The translations under genes and the position numbers were made by a program. Shown here in pieces: positions 27,174 to 36,452 of a stretch of DNA of 64,000 nt (the first letter of the stretch is position 1; each line of letters begins with the position of its first letter). Source of the DNA: Terriglobia bacterium (GTDB lineage Bacteria > Acidobacteriota > Terriglobia > UBA7540); contig JBELAJ010000001.1 in the NCBI GenBank assembly GCA_049508935.1, positions 6,002 to 70,001 of the forward strand. The letters run 5' to 3'. Under the pieces are notes generated by a model. It ran no database searches. It was not told where the DNA came from and saw nothing but the letters and a program-made list of their open reading frames with translations.

Positions 27174-28418
27174 GTGCTTATCAGCCATAGTGCGAGACCT
27201 CTTCGGGTGCTGTACAGCTTCCCCAACAAGCTGGGCGCAGATCGGATCTGCTACACAGCCTGGCAGCAGGTGAATGGCTTGGCAGCTGCCGGGGCTGACC
27301 TCCTCGTCGTTCCCGGCGCTCTTTCTAGGCCGGTGCCTCCCCGCGTGAGGGTTTACCCCACGCTTGCCAGAGGAAGACTGCGCATCCCGTACAGGCTGTT
27401 GGGGACAATGCGTGCCGTGGCGCTGCACGACTGGATTGTGGCGCGCCGCCTCGAGAAGATGGTGGGGGAGATCGATATCGTTCACACCTGGCCCCTGGGA
27501 GCGCTCCAAACCCTCAAAACCGCTGCCAGACTGGGTATTCCGACCGTGCTCGAAAGGTGCAATGCTCACACCGGGTTTGCTATGGAGGTGGTGCAGAAGG
27601 AGTGTGAGCGTTTGGGAGTCGCTCTTCCGCCCGACCATGAGCACGCCTACAACGAGGAAAAGTTGGTCAAGGAAGAGGAGGAATATGAACTGGCCACTCG
27701 CCTCTTGTGTCCATCGGACTTTACGGCAAAGACCTTTCTCTACAAGGGGTATGCCAAGGAAAAACTGGCCCGGCACATCTATGGAGTCGATGATAAGGTG
27801 TACCATCCCAGCACCAAACCTCATCACCCCAAGGGTGGGCTCACCATGCTGTTTGTGGGCGTTTGCGCAGTCCGAAAGGGGGTCCATTTCGCGCTCGAGG
27901 CGTGGCTAAAGTCACCGGCCAGTACAAATGGTACTTTTCTGATCGCCGGAGAATTTCTGCCGGCTTACAGGGAGAAGCTAGCCCCCATGCTCTCGCACCC
28001 CAGCATCCGCGTCCTGGGGCATCGGAGGGATGTGCCCGAGCTCATGCGAGAAAGCGACATTCTGATTCTTCCCAGCATCGAGGAGGGGTTCGGCCTGGTG
28101 GTCACGGAAGCCATGGCCAGCGGGTGCGTCCCCCTCGCTTCTGAGGCCTGCACGGAGATTTGCAATCACATGGTAACCGGGCTTGTGCACCAGGTCGGAG
28201 ACGTGGCGACACTCGCGCAGCAGATCACCCTCCTGCATCAAGATCGCGCACTTTTGGAGAGGTTGCGTGCCACGTCTTTGAGAATGGTTCCCGAGATTAC
28301 GTGGACGGCAGCCGGGAGAATACTTCTTAAGGCGTACGTCGAAACGATCGCAGCTTACCGAGCCGGGGCCCCGCAGAAGGCTAGCCGGGATCTAAAGGCG
28401 GTCTGCGTCGAACCATAA
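27174..28418 (+). CDS. glycosyltransferase family 4
   Basis: LRVLYSF N-domain. C-domain ILILPSIEEGFGLVVTEAMASGCVPL has an intact E-x7-E. GTG start. Confidence 0.85.
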   Translation: MLISHSARPLRVLYSFPNKLGADRICYTAWQQVNGLAAAGADLLVVPGALSRPVPPRVRVYPTLARGRLRIPYRLLGTMRAVALHDWIVARRLEKMVGEIDIVHTWPLGALQTLKTAARLGIPTVLERCNAHTGFAMEVVQKECERLGVALPPDHEHAYNEEKLVKEEEEYELATRLLCPSDFTAKTFLYKGYAKEKLARHIYGVDDKVYHPSTKPHHPKGGLTMLFVGVCAVRKGVHFALEAWLKSPASTNGTFLIAGEFLPAYREKLAPMLSHPSIRVLGHRRDVPELMRESDILILPSIEEGFGLVVTEAMASGCVPLASEACTEICNHMVTGLVHQVGDVATLAQQITLLHQDRALLERLRATSLRMVPEITWTAAGRILLKAYVETIAAYRAGAPQKASRDLKAVCVEP

Positions 28419-28455
28419 GCTTGTATTCGCCAGAACCCGTTAGGGAACGAATTTC

Positions 28456-29457
28456 ATGAATCCCAAAGTATCCGTTGTGATCCCCACCTATAACCGGGCC
28501 ACCAAGGTTCCGAATGCTATCGACGGCGTTCTGGCCCAAACATTTTCAGACCTCGAAGTCATCGTGGTGGACGATGGGTCATCGGATGGCACAGGGAAGA
28601 TTCTCGCGGAGATGTTTGGCGACCGCATCCGCTACTTTGCCCAGGCCAATCAGGGCGCCAGTGTGGCACGAAACAAGGGCATCGCGCACGCGCTGGGGGA
28701 GTGGATCGCTTTCTTGGACTCCGACGATCAATGGGAAAAGGAAAAGCTCGAATGGCAGTTCAAGGCCCTGGAGCGATTCGGCCCCCAGTGCGGCGGCTGT
28801 TATACGGACACCCGATTCATCAATCACCCCGAAACCCGGACCATGTTTCAACTCGGGGAAGAGAGCTATCGGCATGAAGGAACGGTGGGTATCAATCCGG
28901 ACGTGCTAAAACTGCTGGTTAGACCCGGAGGCGCGGGCATGGTCGTTTGCCTGTCCTCTTTCCTGGGGCGCGCCGACTTGATAAGAAGGACTGGGGGATT
29001 CGATCTCAAGCTGTTGTACAGCCAAGATAGCGAATTTCTGTTCCGGTTAGCGATGCTCACGGGCTTCTGCTACGTCAACCGTCCGCTGGTAAGATTCGAC
29101 CGATCGCCCGCGGAGATACGCCATGTGGGCGTGAGCGCTAATTGGAACAAGCTGGATTTCTTCCTACAGGATAGTCAACTCCGGCTCGAAGGTCTCTTGA
29201 GCTTGAGCGAGACTCTGCCGGGGAGCATCCGCAACGTCATTCGAGAGCGGCTCGGCGGGGTCCACAGCGGGTGGGCCAATTGGTATCTCCAGACCGGACA
29301 GTACGGCAAGGCGCGCAAAGCCATGTTGAGAGCGGCGCAATTACACCCGACGTTCAACATCGCGGTGAAATGGCTGCTCACGTGGGTCAGTCCTCGACTG
29401 GCCCTCCGCACGATACATTACCACCAGGAAACTAAGGAATCGCCAGGTATCGTATGA
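28456..29457 (+). CDS. glycosyltransferase family 2 (paralog of 34039..35034)
   Basis: VSVVIPTYNRA, VIVVDDGSSDGTG, ARNKGI, and FLDSDDQW. The C-terminal WANWYLQTGQYGKARKAM segment is shared with the paralog. Confidence 0.85.
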   Translation: MNPKVSVVIPTYNRATKVPNAIDGVLAQTFSDLEVIVVDDGSSDGTGKILAEMFGDRIRYFAQANQGASVARNKGIAHALGEWIAFLDSDDQWEKEKLEWQFKALERFGPQCGGCYTDTRFINHPETRTMFQLGEESYRHEGTVGINPDVLKLLVRPGGAGMVVCLSSFLGRADLIRRTGGFDLKLLYSQDSEFLFRLAMLTGFCYVNRPLVRFDRSPAEIRHVGVSANWNKLDFFLQDSQLRLEGLLSLSETLPGSIRNVIRERLGGVHSGWANWYLQTGQYGKARKAMLRAAQLHPTFNIAVKWLLTWVSPRLALRTIHYHQETKESPGIV

Positions 29458-29738
29458 GAATCTGCGTGGCTCAGCCCTCTGGGTACCCAGCGGCAGTGGA
29501 TGGATAAGCAGACTACTACAGTGGTAAGGCGCCCCGGGCACGTCCGGCGACCGGAGCTAGCCCACCTTGCGCAATCGGATCGAGTCGGCGGACGTCAGCT
29601 TATGCTCGCCGTCGGTAAGCGCACAGTAAGATGTAACAGGGCAAAAAATTCGATAGTGGCTGTTCAAGCAGTGGACGGAGCAGACTGGTCGCCAGCCCTG
29701 CTGTACTTCAATTTTGCGGGTACGGAGGATTAGTTGCT

Positions 29739-29987
29739 ACGGAAATTGCAGTTGTCGGAACTGGTCACGTCGGACCGAAGACGGCCGCTCGTCTGGGGGA
29801 ACTCGGTCACAAGATCCTGTGTGCCGACAGGGACACAGATAAGCTAGGGTCACTACGGCAGGGTGGGATGCGGTTTTATGAGCCGCACCTTACGGAAATG
29901 GTCCAATGGAACCACGAAGCAAGGCGTTTGGAGTTCGCTTCCACCGAGGAAGCCATTAATGGATGCGAGATCGTCTTCATCTGTCTG
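29739..29987 (+). pseudogene. N-terminal fragment of a UDP-glucose/GDP-mannose 6-dehydrogenase (start codon lost, truncated after ~83 codons)
   Basis: Translation T-EIAVVGTGHVGPKTAARLGELGHKILCADRDTDKLGSLRQGGMRFYEPHLTEMVQWNHEARRLEFASTEEAINGCEIVFICL follows the UGDH N-terminal pattern (I.V.GTG.VG, D.d..K...L, YEP.L, rL.F, FI.V). ACG sits where the ATG is expected. Confidence 0.65.
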
Positions 29988-30008
29988 ATATTTGTTGTAG
30001 GTTCAGAA

Positions 30009-30056
30009 ATGAGGGTCGTGATTACAGGTGGAGCAGGTTTTCTAGTCAACCACCTA
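30009..30056 (+). pseudogene. 16-codon N-terminal fragment of an NAD-dependent epimerase/dehydratase
   Basis: MRVVITGGAGFLVNHL is the canonical extended-SDR start. It lies in the same frame as the UGDH fragment and runs into non-homologous sequence that overlaps the next gene. Confidence 0.5.
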
Positions 30057-30093
30057 CGCTTCCCGAGGGTCAAGTGTTGTGCAAAATCTCGGC

Positions 30094-31095
30094 ATGAGTT
30101 CGTCTTCGCCATCAATTTCAAAGTCGGACCCGGCCACCCGGCAACAGGAAAGAGCCAGCACAGATAGTTACGGTCTCGAGCGGTGTCCTGTGTGTCGGCA
30201 CACGGGGGCGCGGAAGTGGCTTCAGGCGCCTGACAGGTTTCACGGCAGACGTGAGCGGTACACGCTTGTTCGCTGCTCCGCCTGTGCGCTGGTCTGGCTG
30301 CGCAATCCACCCCAGGCGGAGGATATGTATCACCACTATACCGCTGAATACGACGGACTCATCTCAGCGGCTGGCCAGAACTCACCTCTGCGCTGGCCCT
30401 TCCGTAAAGTGGCCTTGGCGCAGTACAGGCAGAGCGGTTGCCTCCTTGACATAGGCTGCAGCTCGGGCTCCTTTTTGGAGCTCCTTAAAGGTGATCCCTG
30501 GAAACTCTATGGGATCGAGATGTCAGCGAACTGTGCGAGAATCGCGGAAGAAAAGACCGGCGCGCACGTTTTTGTTGGCGACGTTCTCGACGCCTCTTTT
30601 CCACCCGAATCCTTCGATGTGATTACGTGCTTCGACGTGCTCGAGCACTTCTACGAACCGCGACGCGTCATGAAAAGGGTTGGAGAGTGGCTGAAGCCGG
30701 GCGGAATTTTCTATGTGCTGGTGCCCAACATTGACTCCGCAGAGGCGCGAGTCTTTGGGACCTACTGGCATGGTCTCGAGCTGCCCCGCCACCTGTTCCA
30801 CTACTCGCCGGCATCCCTTAAGTTCTTAGCTGAATCGGCGGGACTCCGAGAGCTCTCGCTGAAAACATGGCGGAATCCCGCCGTGGGGACGAGCTTACGC
30901 TATGTGTGGGATGATGTTTTTCGCGCCATCGGAATCCAGCGAATGCCGGTGGCGTACAGAGGGAAGGCGAGCCTGCCCTGGCGGGTGGCCCGCAAACTGG
31001 TGCGCTTGACCGTCCTGAAATTCCTTTTGACCTTGGCTCCTCTCGCCGGGGGCGGAGAATCTATCCACGCGTTTTTCGGAAAGGACTTCGATTGA
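30094..31095 (+). CDS. class I SAM-dependent methyltransferase with N-terminal CxxC...CxxC zinc-ribbon
   Basis: CPVCRH...CSAC, LLDIGCSSGSF motif I, and FDVITCFDVLEHFYEP..WLKPGG. The ORF-track GTG at 30079 is also possible. Confidence 0.8.
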   Translation: MSSSSPSISKSDPATRQQERASTDSYGLERCPVCRHTGARKWLQAPDRFHGRRERYTLVRCSACALVWLRNPPQAEDMYHHYTAEYDGLISAAGQNSPLRWPFRKVALAQYRQSGCLLDIGCSSGSFLELLKGDPWKLYGIEMSANCARIAEEKTGAHVFVGDVLDASFPPESFDVITCFDVLEHFYEPRRVMKRVGEWLKPGGIFYVLVPNIDSAEARVFGTYWHGLELPRHLFHYSPASLKFLAESAGLRELSLKTWRNPAVGTSLRYVWDDVFRAIGIQRMPVAYRGKASLPWRVARKLVRLTVLKFLLTLAPLAGGGESIHAFFGKDFD

Positions 31096-31098
31096 ACC

Positions 31099-31749
31099 AT
31101 GGTGGACGTTTCAAAGAAACCTCGCGCCCATATTGAAGATCCAATGCGGCTTCTCCCTAGGGCTCTGACGAAGCTGTACACGATGTGGCTAAGTGCGACG
31201 TACCCGTTCGCGTCCATAGGCCGCAACTTGTCGATCCATTACACTTGCGTGGTGGCCAGGGTAAAGGCCCCACAGATCAAGCTCGGCAGTTCGGTGACCA
31301 TGAAGAAGGATGTGTGGCTCAACGTAATAGTAGAAGCGATTGGTGAGCCCAAAATTATCATTGATGACAACTGCTGGATAGGCGCCCGCACGATAATATC
31401 AGCGAAGAACTGTATTCACCTGGAGCGCGACGTCACTCTCGACACATCGGTGCTGGTCATGGACCACGGCCACGCTTACGAGGACATCGGACGGCCGATT
31501 CGGGAGCAGCCTGCATCGCCGGGAGGCAGGATCAGGATCGGGCAAGGATGTCGCATTGGCCAGGGGGCGGCAATCGTCTGTCCTCGGGCCGAATTGGTTT
31601 TGGGTCCAAATTGCGTTGTGCTACCCAACTCTCTGGTTACAGCGAGCGCTCCAGCGTATTCCGTAATCTCGGGGAATCCGGCCAGAGTCATCGAAACGGT
31701 CGAACCGGTGGAGGCCATACCGATTGAGGCGAGGCATGGATTTCGATAG
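31099..31749 (+). CDS. hexapeptide-repeat (LbH) acyltransferase, paralog A
   Basis: IIIDDNCWIGARTIISAKNCIHLERDV, and IRIGQGCRIGQGAAIV...LGPNCVVLPNSLV..YSVISGNPARVI. Confidence 0.8.
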   Translation: MVDVSKKPRAHIEDPMRLLPRALTKLYTMWLSATYPFASIGRNLSIHYTCVVARVKAPQIKLGSSVTMKKDVWLNVIVEAIGEPKIIIDDNCWIGARTIISAKNCIHLERDVTLDTSVLVMDHGHAYEDIGRPIREQPASPGGRIRIGQGCRIGQGAAIVCPRAELVLGPNCVVLPNSLVTASAPAYSVISGNPARVIETVEPVEAIPIEARHGFR

Positions 31750-33211
31750 GATGTACAACCGCTTCAAGGCAAATTTTGACCGGCTTCTGGCTGGCAGTAC
31801 ACTCAGGGCCAAGGCCGTGCGCGGCGGCGCGTGGCTGGGTAGCGGAAGCGTTGCTGAGCAGGCCACTCGCTTTGCGCGCAACATGATCCTGACACGGCTG
31901 CTGGCGCCAAGCACGTTTGGGGCCATGGCACTTGTCATGTCGTCTTCCGCAATCGTTGGGGCATTGACCGATGTGGGAGTGAAGCAGGCCGTCATTCAAA
32001 ACCCGAGGGGAGGGGAGAAGGCGTATCTCAACGCGGGCTGGTGGATGGGGTTGGGCCGCGCGCTCACCATGTACGTTATTGTTTTCGCCATGGCCCCCCT
32101 GGTTGCCCGTTTCTATGGGAACGCAGAACTGTCTGCGTTGCTCCGGCTGACGCTGTTGGGTTCGCTCTTCGACGGCGCCATGAGTCCCCGTTCCATTCTT
32201 GCGCAGAAAGAGATGAGGTTCGGCCGCTGGACGGCGATCAGCAGCGGAGGCGGCATCTGTGGCGTCATTCTGACGGTAATTCTCAGTTTTGTCCGTCGTG
32301 ATGTATGGGCCCTGGCCATTGGCTTTGGCAGTGAGAACGCCTTTCGTTGTCTCTTGTCATACATTTTGTATCCCGGGCTGCCGTCACTCGGGTGCGATCG
32401 CCACGCTGTGCGGGATCTTTATAGATTCTCAAGGGAGGCGCTCGGGTTATCGTTTCTAAACCTCATCTTCGTACGTACGGACGTCTTCGTGTTGGGTAAG
32501 CTCTATTCCACAACTGTGCTGGGGCTGTATACAATGGGGGTGGCCCTGGTCTTGACTCCGTCAACTTTCGTCACAACCATATTGGGTCAAACCCTTTTTC
32601 CCGCCTTTGCTCACGTCCAGGGCGATAAGGAGCGTGTCAACCGGATCCTTACGGAGATGACTTCGTGGCTCATCCTGTTAGGACTGCCTGCGGTTGCGGT
32701 CATCTATCTGTGTGGGCAGTCCCTTCTTCGGGTCCTGTACGGGGCCCGATATATCGCCACCGCCGGACCGCTGGCCGTTGCTGCCATCGTGGTGTTTGTC
32801 AATATTCTGAATGCCACAATCACGTGTGTCTTCGTCGGCATGGGCCGTCCGGGCTTGCATCGTCGGGCTGTGGCAGCTTCCGCAGTGGTCATGATGATTG
32901 CGATCTACCCTACCTGCAAGCTGCTGGGAGTGGTGGGAGGCCAAGTGGCCGCACTGCTGGCGATTCTTGTTAGCTACCTCCTTCAGGTCATGCGCATGCG
33001 TGATCTCACTGGCTTGCACCTGCTTCGCTACGGAAAGGCCTTTGTGCCGGCGGCCCTGGCATCCTCGGGGCTTCTTGGTCTCGGTCTTGGCGTCCGCTTT
33101 CTCGGCTTGGCGACAAAGCCATTAGCCAACATCGGGCTAGCGGTCGCCGCTTGCTGTGTTGCCTATGCGCTGTGCATCCCAGCGTTCCTAAGGGTCAAGC
33201 AGGCCGCCTAG
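31736..33211 (+). CDS. Wzx-like oligosaccharide flippase (MOP superfamily polysaccharide biosynthesis protein)
   Basis: About 12-14 TM helices. N-terminal GSGSVAEQATRFARNMILTRLLAPSTFG is typical of the family. Start options are TTG 31724, ATG 31736 and ATG 31751. Confidence 0.75.
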   Translation: MDFDRMYNRFKANFDRLLAGSTLRAKAVRGGAWLGSGSVAEQATRFARNMILTRLLAPSTFGAMALVMSSSAIVGALTDVGVKQAVIQNPRGGEKAYLNAGWWMGLGRALTMYVIVFAMAPLVARFYGNAELSALLRLTLLGSLFDGAMSPRSILAQKEMRFGRWTAISSGGGICGVILTVILSFVRRDVWALAIGFGSENAFRCLLSYILYPGLPSLGCDRHAVRDLYRFSREALGLSFLNLIFVRTDVFVLGKLYSTTVLGLYTMGVALVLTPSTFVTTILGQTLFPAFAHVQGDKERVNRILTEMTSWLILLGLPAVAVIYLCGQSLLRVLYGARYIATAGPLAVAAIVVFVNILNATITCVFVGMGRPGLHRRAVAASAVVMMIAIYPTCKLLGVVGGQVAALLAILVSYLLQVMRMRDLTGLHLLRYGKAFVPAALASSGLLGLGLGVRFLGLATKPLANIGLAVAACCVAYALCIPAFLRVKQAA

Positions 33212-33252
33212 GCAAAGGCCGGAGGCACGATGTCAAACCACGGGAAGACCGA

Positions 33253-33951
33253 ATGACGACGAAAACGACGGAGAGTATGGTGGCGCAGTCTAACGACCAA
33301 CCGTCTCCCATGGCAGACCCGTTGGGGCTTATCTTCAGGGCCCTCATCAAACTCCACAGCATTTGGGTGAGCTTGACCTACCCGTTCGCCTTCCGGGGCC
33401 GCAACCTGTGGATCCATTACACCTGTGAACTTTCCAGGCTCACTGCGCACCGAATCAAGCTTGGAGATTCAGTCGTAATCATGAGAGATGCACTGGTGAA
33501 CGTGGTGGCGCCACCGGAGCAGAAGGGTGAGCCGATCGTGGTGATTGATGAAAACGTTGGCGTAGGTCCGTGTTGCCAAATATCCGCCAAAAATCGTGTT
33601 CACCTCGAGCGGGATACCATAATTGCACAGTCAGCGCTGATCTGCGACCACAGTTCCGTCTTTGAAGATCGCCGGTTGCCAGACTCTGAACAGGCTTCAA
33701 AGGGGGGCCGAATTCGCATCGGCCAAGGTTGTTGGATCGGCCGCGGAGCGGCAATCGTATGTACCCACGGCGAGCTCGTACTGGGCCGTAATTGCGTTGT
33801 AGGGGCGAATGCACTCGTCACCCGAAGCTTTCCCCCGTACTCCGTAATCATCGGAAATCCCAGCGTAGTCATTAGACGATTCGACCCGGTCAAGCACGCA
33901 TGGGTAATCGGATCCGCTCGTTCCACAGGAACACCGGATAGTTCCGAATAG
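33253..33951 (+). CDS. hexapeptide-repeat (LbH) acyltransferase, paralog B
   Basis: Collinear with 31099..31749 (LTYPFAFRGRNLWIHYTC, IRIGQGCWIGRGAAIV, YSVIIGNPSVVI). Trimmed to the ATG at 33253. Confidence 0.8.
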   Translation: MTTKTTESMVAQSNDQPSPMADPLGLIFRALIKLHSIWVSLTYPFAFRGRNLWIHYTCELSRLTAHRIKLGDSVVIMRDALVNVVAPPEQKGEPIVVIDENVGVGPCCQISAKNRVHLERDTIIAQSALICDHSSVFEDRRLPDSEQASKGGRIRIGQGCWIGRGAAIVCTHGELVLGRNCVVGANALVTRSFPPYSVIIGNPSVVIRRFDPVKHAWVIGSARSTGTPDSSE

Positions 33952-34038
33952 AAGAATCCAGGCGCGGCCTCCGTTCAGCATCGATGCCATGGTGGCTTTG
34001 ACCGGTATTGGAATAGTGGGGGTTCAACGGAGGTTCTT

Positions 34039-35034
34039 ATGAATTACGGACCTTTCGTATCAGTGGTCATCCCGACTTTCAACCGGGCTCAACAAGCACA
34101 GGCAGCCCTGACGAGTGTTCTGGCGCAGACCTACCCCAGCTTCGAGGCCATCGTGGTGGATGATGGTTCCACGGACAGAACTGGGGAGGCCATTCAGCGG
34201 CTCATCGACCAGCAATCCGGTAATGGCAAGCCAATCCGCTACTTCTTCCAACCCAATCTCGGTCAAAGCGCGGCCCGGAACAAAGGGATCAATGAAGCAC
34301 GCGGAGAATGGGTCGCGTTCCTGGACTCGGATGACCTCTGGTTTCCCGATAAGCTCGCTTGGCAAGTCCGCGCCATCGACCACTTCGGGGGCAGATGTTC
34401 CGCCTGTATAACGGACGCAAGGCTAGTGGACAACCAAGGCAAGGACACGACCGCTTTCCGGGAAAGCGGAAAACACTACGAAGAAACCCTGGGAATGGAC
34501 CTCCATACATCCACATCTCTGGTGAGGTGCCGCGATCCCTTCTGGGTTTCTACTCTCCTCGTTCGCACCGACGTGGCTAAGCAGGTTGGATCGTTCGACG
34601 AGGATATCGGGTACGCAGAGGACCACGATTTCCTTTTTCGCCTGTCTCTCGCCACCACCTTCTGCTACGCCAATAAGCCGCTCGCCTTACTGGACCGGAG
34701 CAAGTCCCCCCAAGGGTCGCTTTGCCGTCCATGGGACAAGGTCGAGGTGCGCCTCCGAGGTTCGCAGTTGATGCTCGAGAAGTGGTTGAAGCTGGCCACA
34801 AAACTCCCACCCGACGTGCGTGCGAAGCTGGTACACGATTTGCGGCACGTCCACAGTGCGTGGACAAACTGGTACCTGGAACACGGGAGATACGAAGAAG
34901 CGCGGGAGGCAGCGTCCAAGGCCATCCAGTACCAAATCACGCCAAAACTGGGAATAAAGTGGGTGCTGACCCGCTTCGCTCCCGCTCTGGCTAGGAGGAT
35001 CTCGCCGAAAATGCGAGTGATAAGTGGCCAATGA
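34039..35034 (+). CDS. glycosyltransferase family 2 (paralog of 28456..29457)
   Basis: RBS GGAGG. VSVVIPTFNRA, AIVVDDGSTDRTG, ARNKGI, FLDSDDLW, and WTNWYLEHGRYEEAREAA. Confidence 0.85.
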   Translation: MNYGPFVSVVIPTFNRAQQAQAALTSVLAQTYPSFEAIVVDDGSTDRTGEAIQRLIDQQSGNGKPIRYFFQPNLGQSAARNKGINEARGEWVAFLDSDDLWFPDKLAWQVRAIDHFGGRCSACITDARLVDNQGKDTTAFRESGKHYEETLGMDLHTSTSLVRCRDPFWVSTLLVRTDVAKQVGSFDEDIGYAEDHDFLFRLSLATTFCYANKPLALLDRSKSPQGSLCRPWDKVEVRLRGSQLMLEKWLKLATKLPPDVRAKLVHDLRHVHSAWTNWYLEHGRYEEAREAASKAIQYQITPKLGIKWVLTRFAPALARRISPKMRVISGQ

Positions 35035-35082
35035 CGAGGTTCCCTTTTTGCGCGCCGGCCACTTGCCCTCTTCCGAAAAGGC

Positions 35083-36435
35083 ATGGGCTTACTGAAACAA
35101 CTCGACCAAACTGACGCAGCGAAGATCGGCGAAGAACTCCAGCAGTTTGCCGCGGAGCTGTACCCGATCTGCCGGAGTATCACGGGTGACGGGGTCCGGC
35201 GGACGTTGGCCTTGATCGAAAAACACGTGCCGCTGCGCACTTTCGAGGTGCCAACCGGGACTGTTGTGTTCGATTGGACCGTGCCCAAAGAGTGGAACAT
35301 TCGCGACGCTTACATCAAGGCGCCCGACGGTAGGCGGGTGGTGGACTTCCAGAAGAGTAATCTGCATGTCGTGGGTTACAGCACGCCTGTACATACCACC
35401 ATGCCTCTCGGTCAACTCAAGCCCCATCTATATACAATTCCGGACCATCCCGAATGGATTCCGAACCGGACGTCCTACTACAAAGAAGACTGGGGATTTT
35501 GTCTTTCCCATAACCAGATGCTGGAGCTTCAGGACGGCGAATACGAGGTGTGCATCGACTCCACCCTCGAAGAGGGCCATCTGACGTATGGGGAGTGCTA
35601 TTTGCCCGGTCGCTCAGCAGACGAAGTCCTGATTTCGACTTATGTTTGTCATCCCTCACTAGCGAATGACAATGTCTCCGGTTTAACTGTCGCGACCTTC
35701 CTGGCAAAGTCCTTGGCCGGCAGGGACCTTCGGTACTCGTACAGATTTCTGTTTATTCCCGCAACCATTGGGGCCATCACATGGCTGGCGCGAAATCGTG
35801 AAACAGTCCGCCGCATTCGGCATGGTTTGGTGCTGACCTGCCTTGGCGACGCCGGCGGATTCCATTACAAGAACAGCCGCCGGGGAAACGCCGAAATCGA
35901 CCGGGCTGCAGCTCACGTTCTCCGCCACTGCGAAGAACCTTCTGAAATTCTGGAGTTTGTACCCTATGGCAATGACGAGCGACAATACTGCTCTCCAGGC
36001 TTCAATCTCCCGGTGGGCTGCTTAATGCGCAGTGTTTGGGAGACCTTTCCTGAATATCATACTTCGGCTGATAACCTCCAGTTTATTCGGCCGCCTCAAC
36101 TCGCTGCATCGCTTCGTTTGTGCGCAAGTATTCTGGATGTGCTGGAGAAGAACCTTCGGTACCGCAACGAGTACCCTTACGGTGAACCTCAACTGGGTCG
36201 CCGCGGGTTGTTCCGATCCATGGGCGGCGAGGCAGGCGGCCAGGCAACTGGAGAAGAGATGATGGCGCGCCTCTGGGTACTTAATCTTTCTGACGGAAAC
36301 CACTCTTTGCTGGAAATCGCTGAGCGCTCCGGCATTTCCTTTCTGCTGATCAGCGACGCTGCAGATCTGCTTCGCCAAAAGGGGCTGCTCTCGGTTGTCA
36401 CTAATGACGCCAGCGAGCGGACTGATTCCACTTAA
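35083..36435 (+). CDS. DUF4910/aminopeptidase-like (M28-fold) protein with C-terminal winged-helix, polysaccharide-locus associated, function unknown
   Basis: FEVPTGTVVFDWTVPKEWNIRDAYI, NLHVVGYS, CHPSLANDNVSG, and the C-terminal LSDGNHSLLEIAERSGISF. Confidence 0.6.
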   Translation: MGLLKQLDQTDAAKIGEELQQFAAELYPICRSITGDGVRRTLALIEKHVPLRTFEVPTGTVVFDWTVPKEWNIRDAYIKAPDGRRVVDFQKSNLHVVGYSTPVHTTMPLGQLKPHLYTIPDHPEWIPNRTSYYKEDWGFCLSHNQMLELQDGEYEVCIDSTLEEGHLTYGECYLPGRSADEVLISTYVCHPSLANDNVSGLTVATFLAKSLAGRDLRYSYRFLFIPATIGAITWLARNRETVRRIRHGLVLTCLGDAGGFHYKNSRRGNAEIDRAAAHVLRHCEEPSEILEFVPYGNDERQYCSPGFNLPVGCLMRSVWETFPEYHTSADNLQFIRPPQLAASLRLCASILDVLEKNLRYRNEYPYGEPQLGRRGLFRSMGGEAGGQATGEEMMARLWVLNLSDGNHSLLEIAERSGISFLLISDAADLLRQKGLLSVVTNDASERTDST

Positions 36436-36452
36436 AGTAGAGATGTGAAGCA

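Noticed and set aside
29500-29733. 77-aa ORF upstream of the ugd fragment as a real gene.
   Set aside because: It has no recognisable motif or RBS and lies in the decayed scar region. It is probably non-coding or a further unrecognisable remnant.
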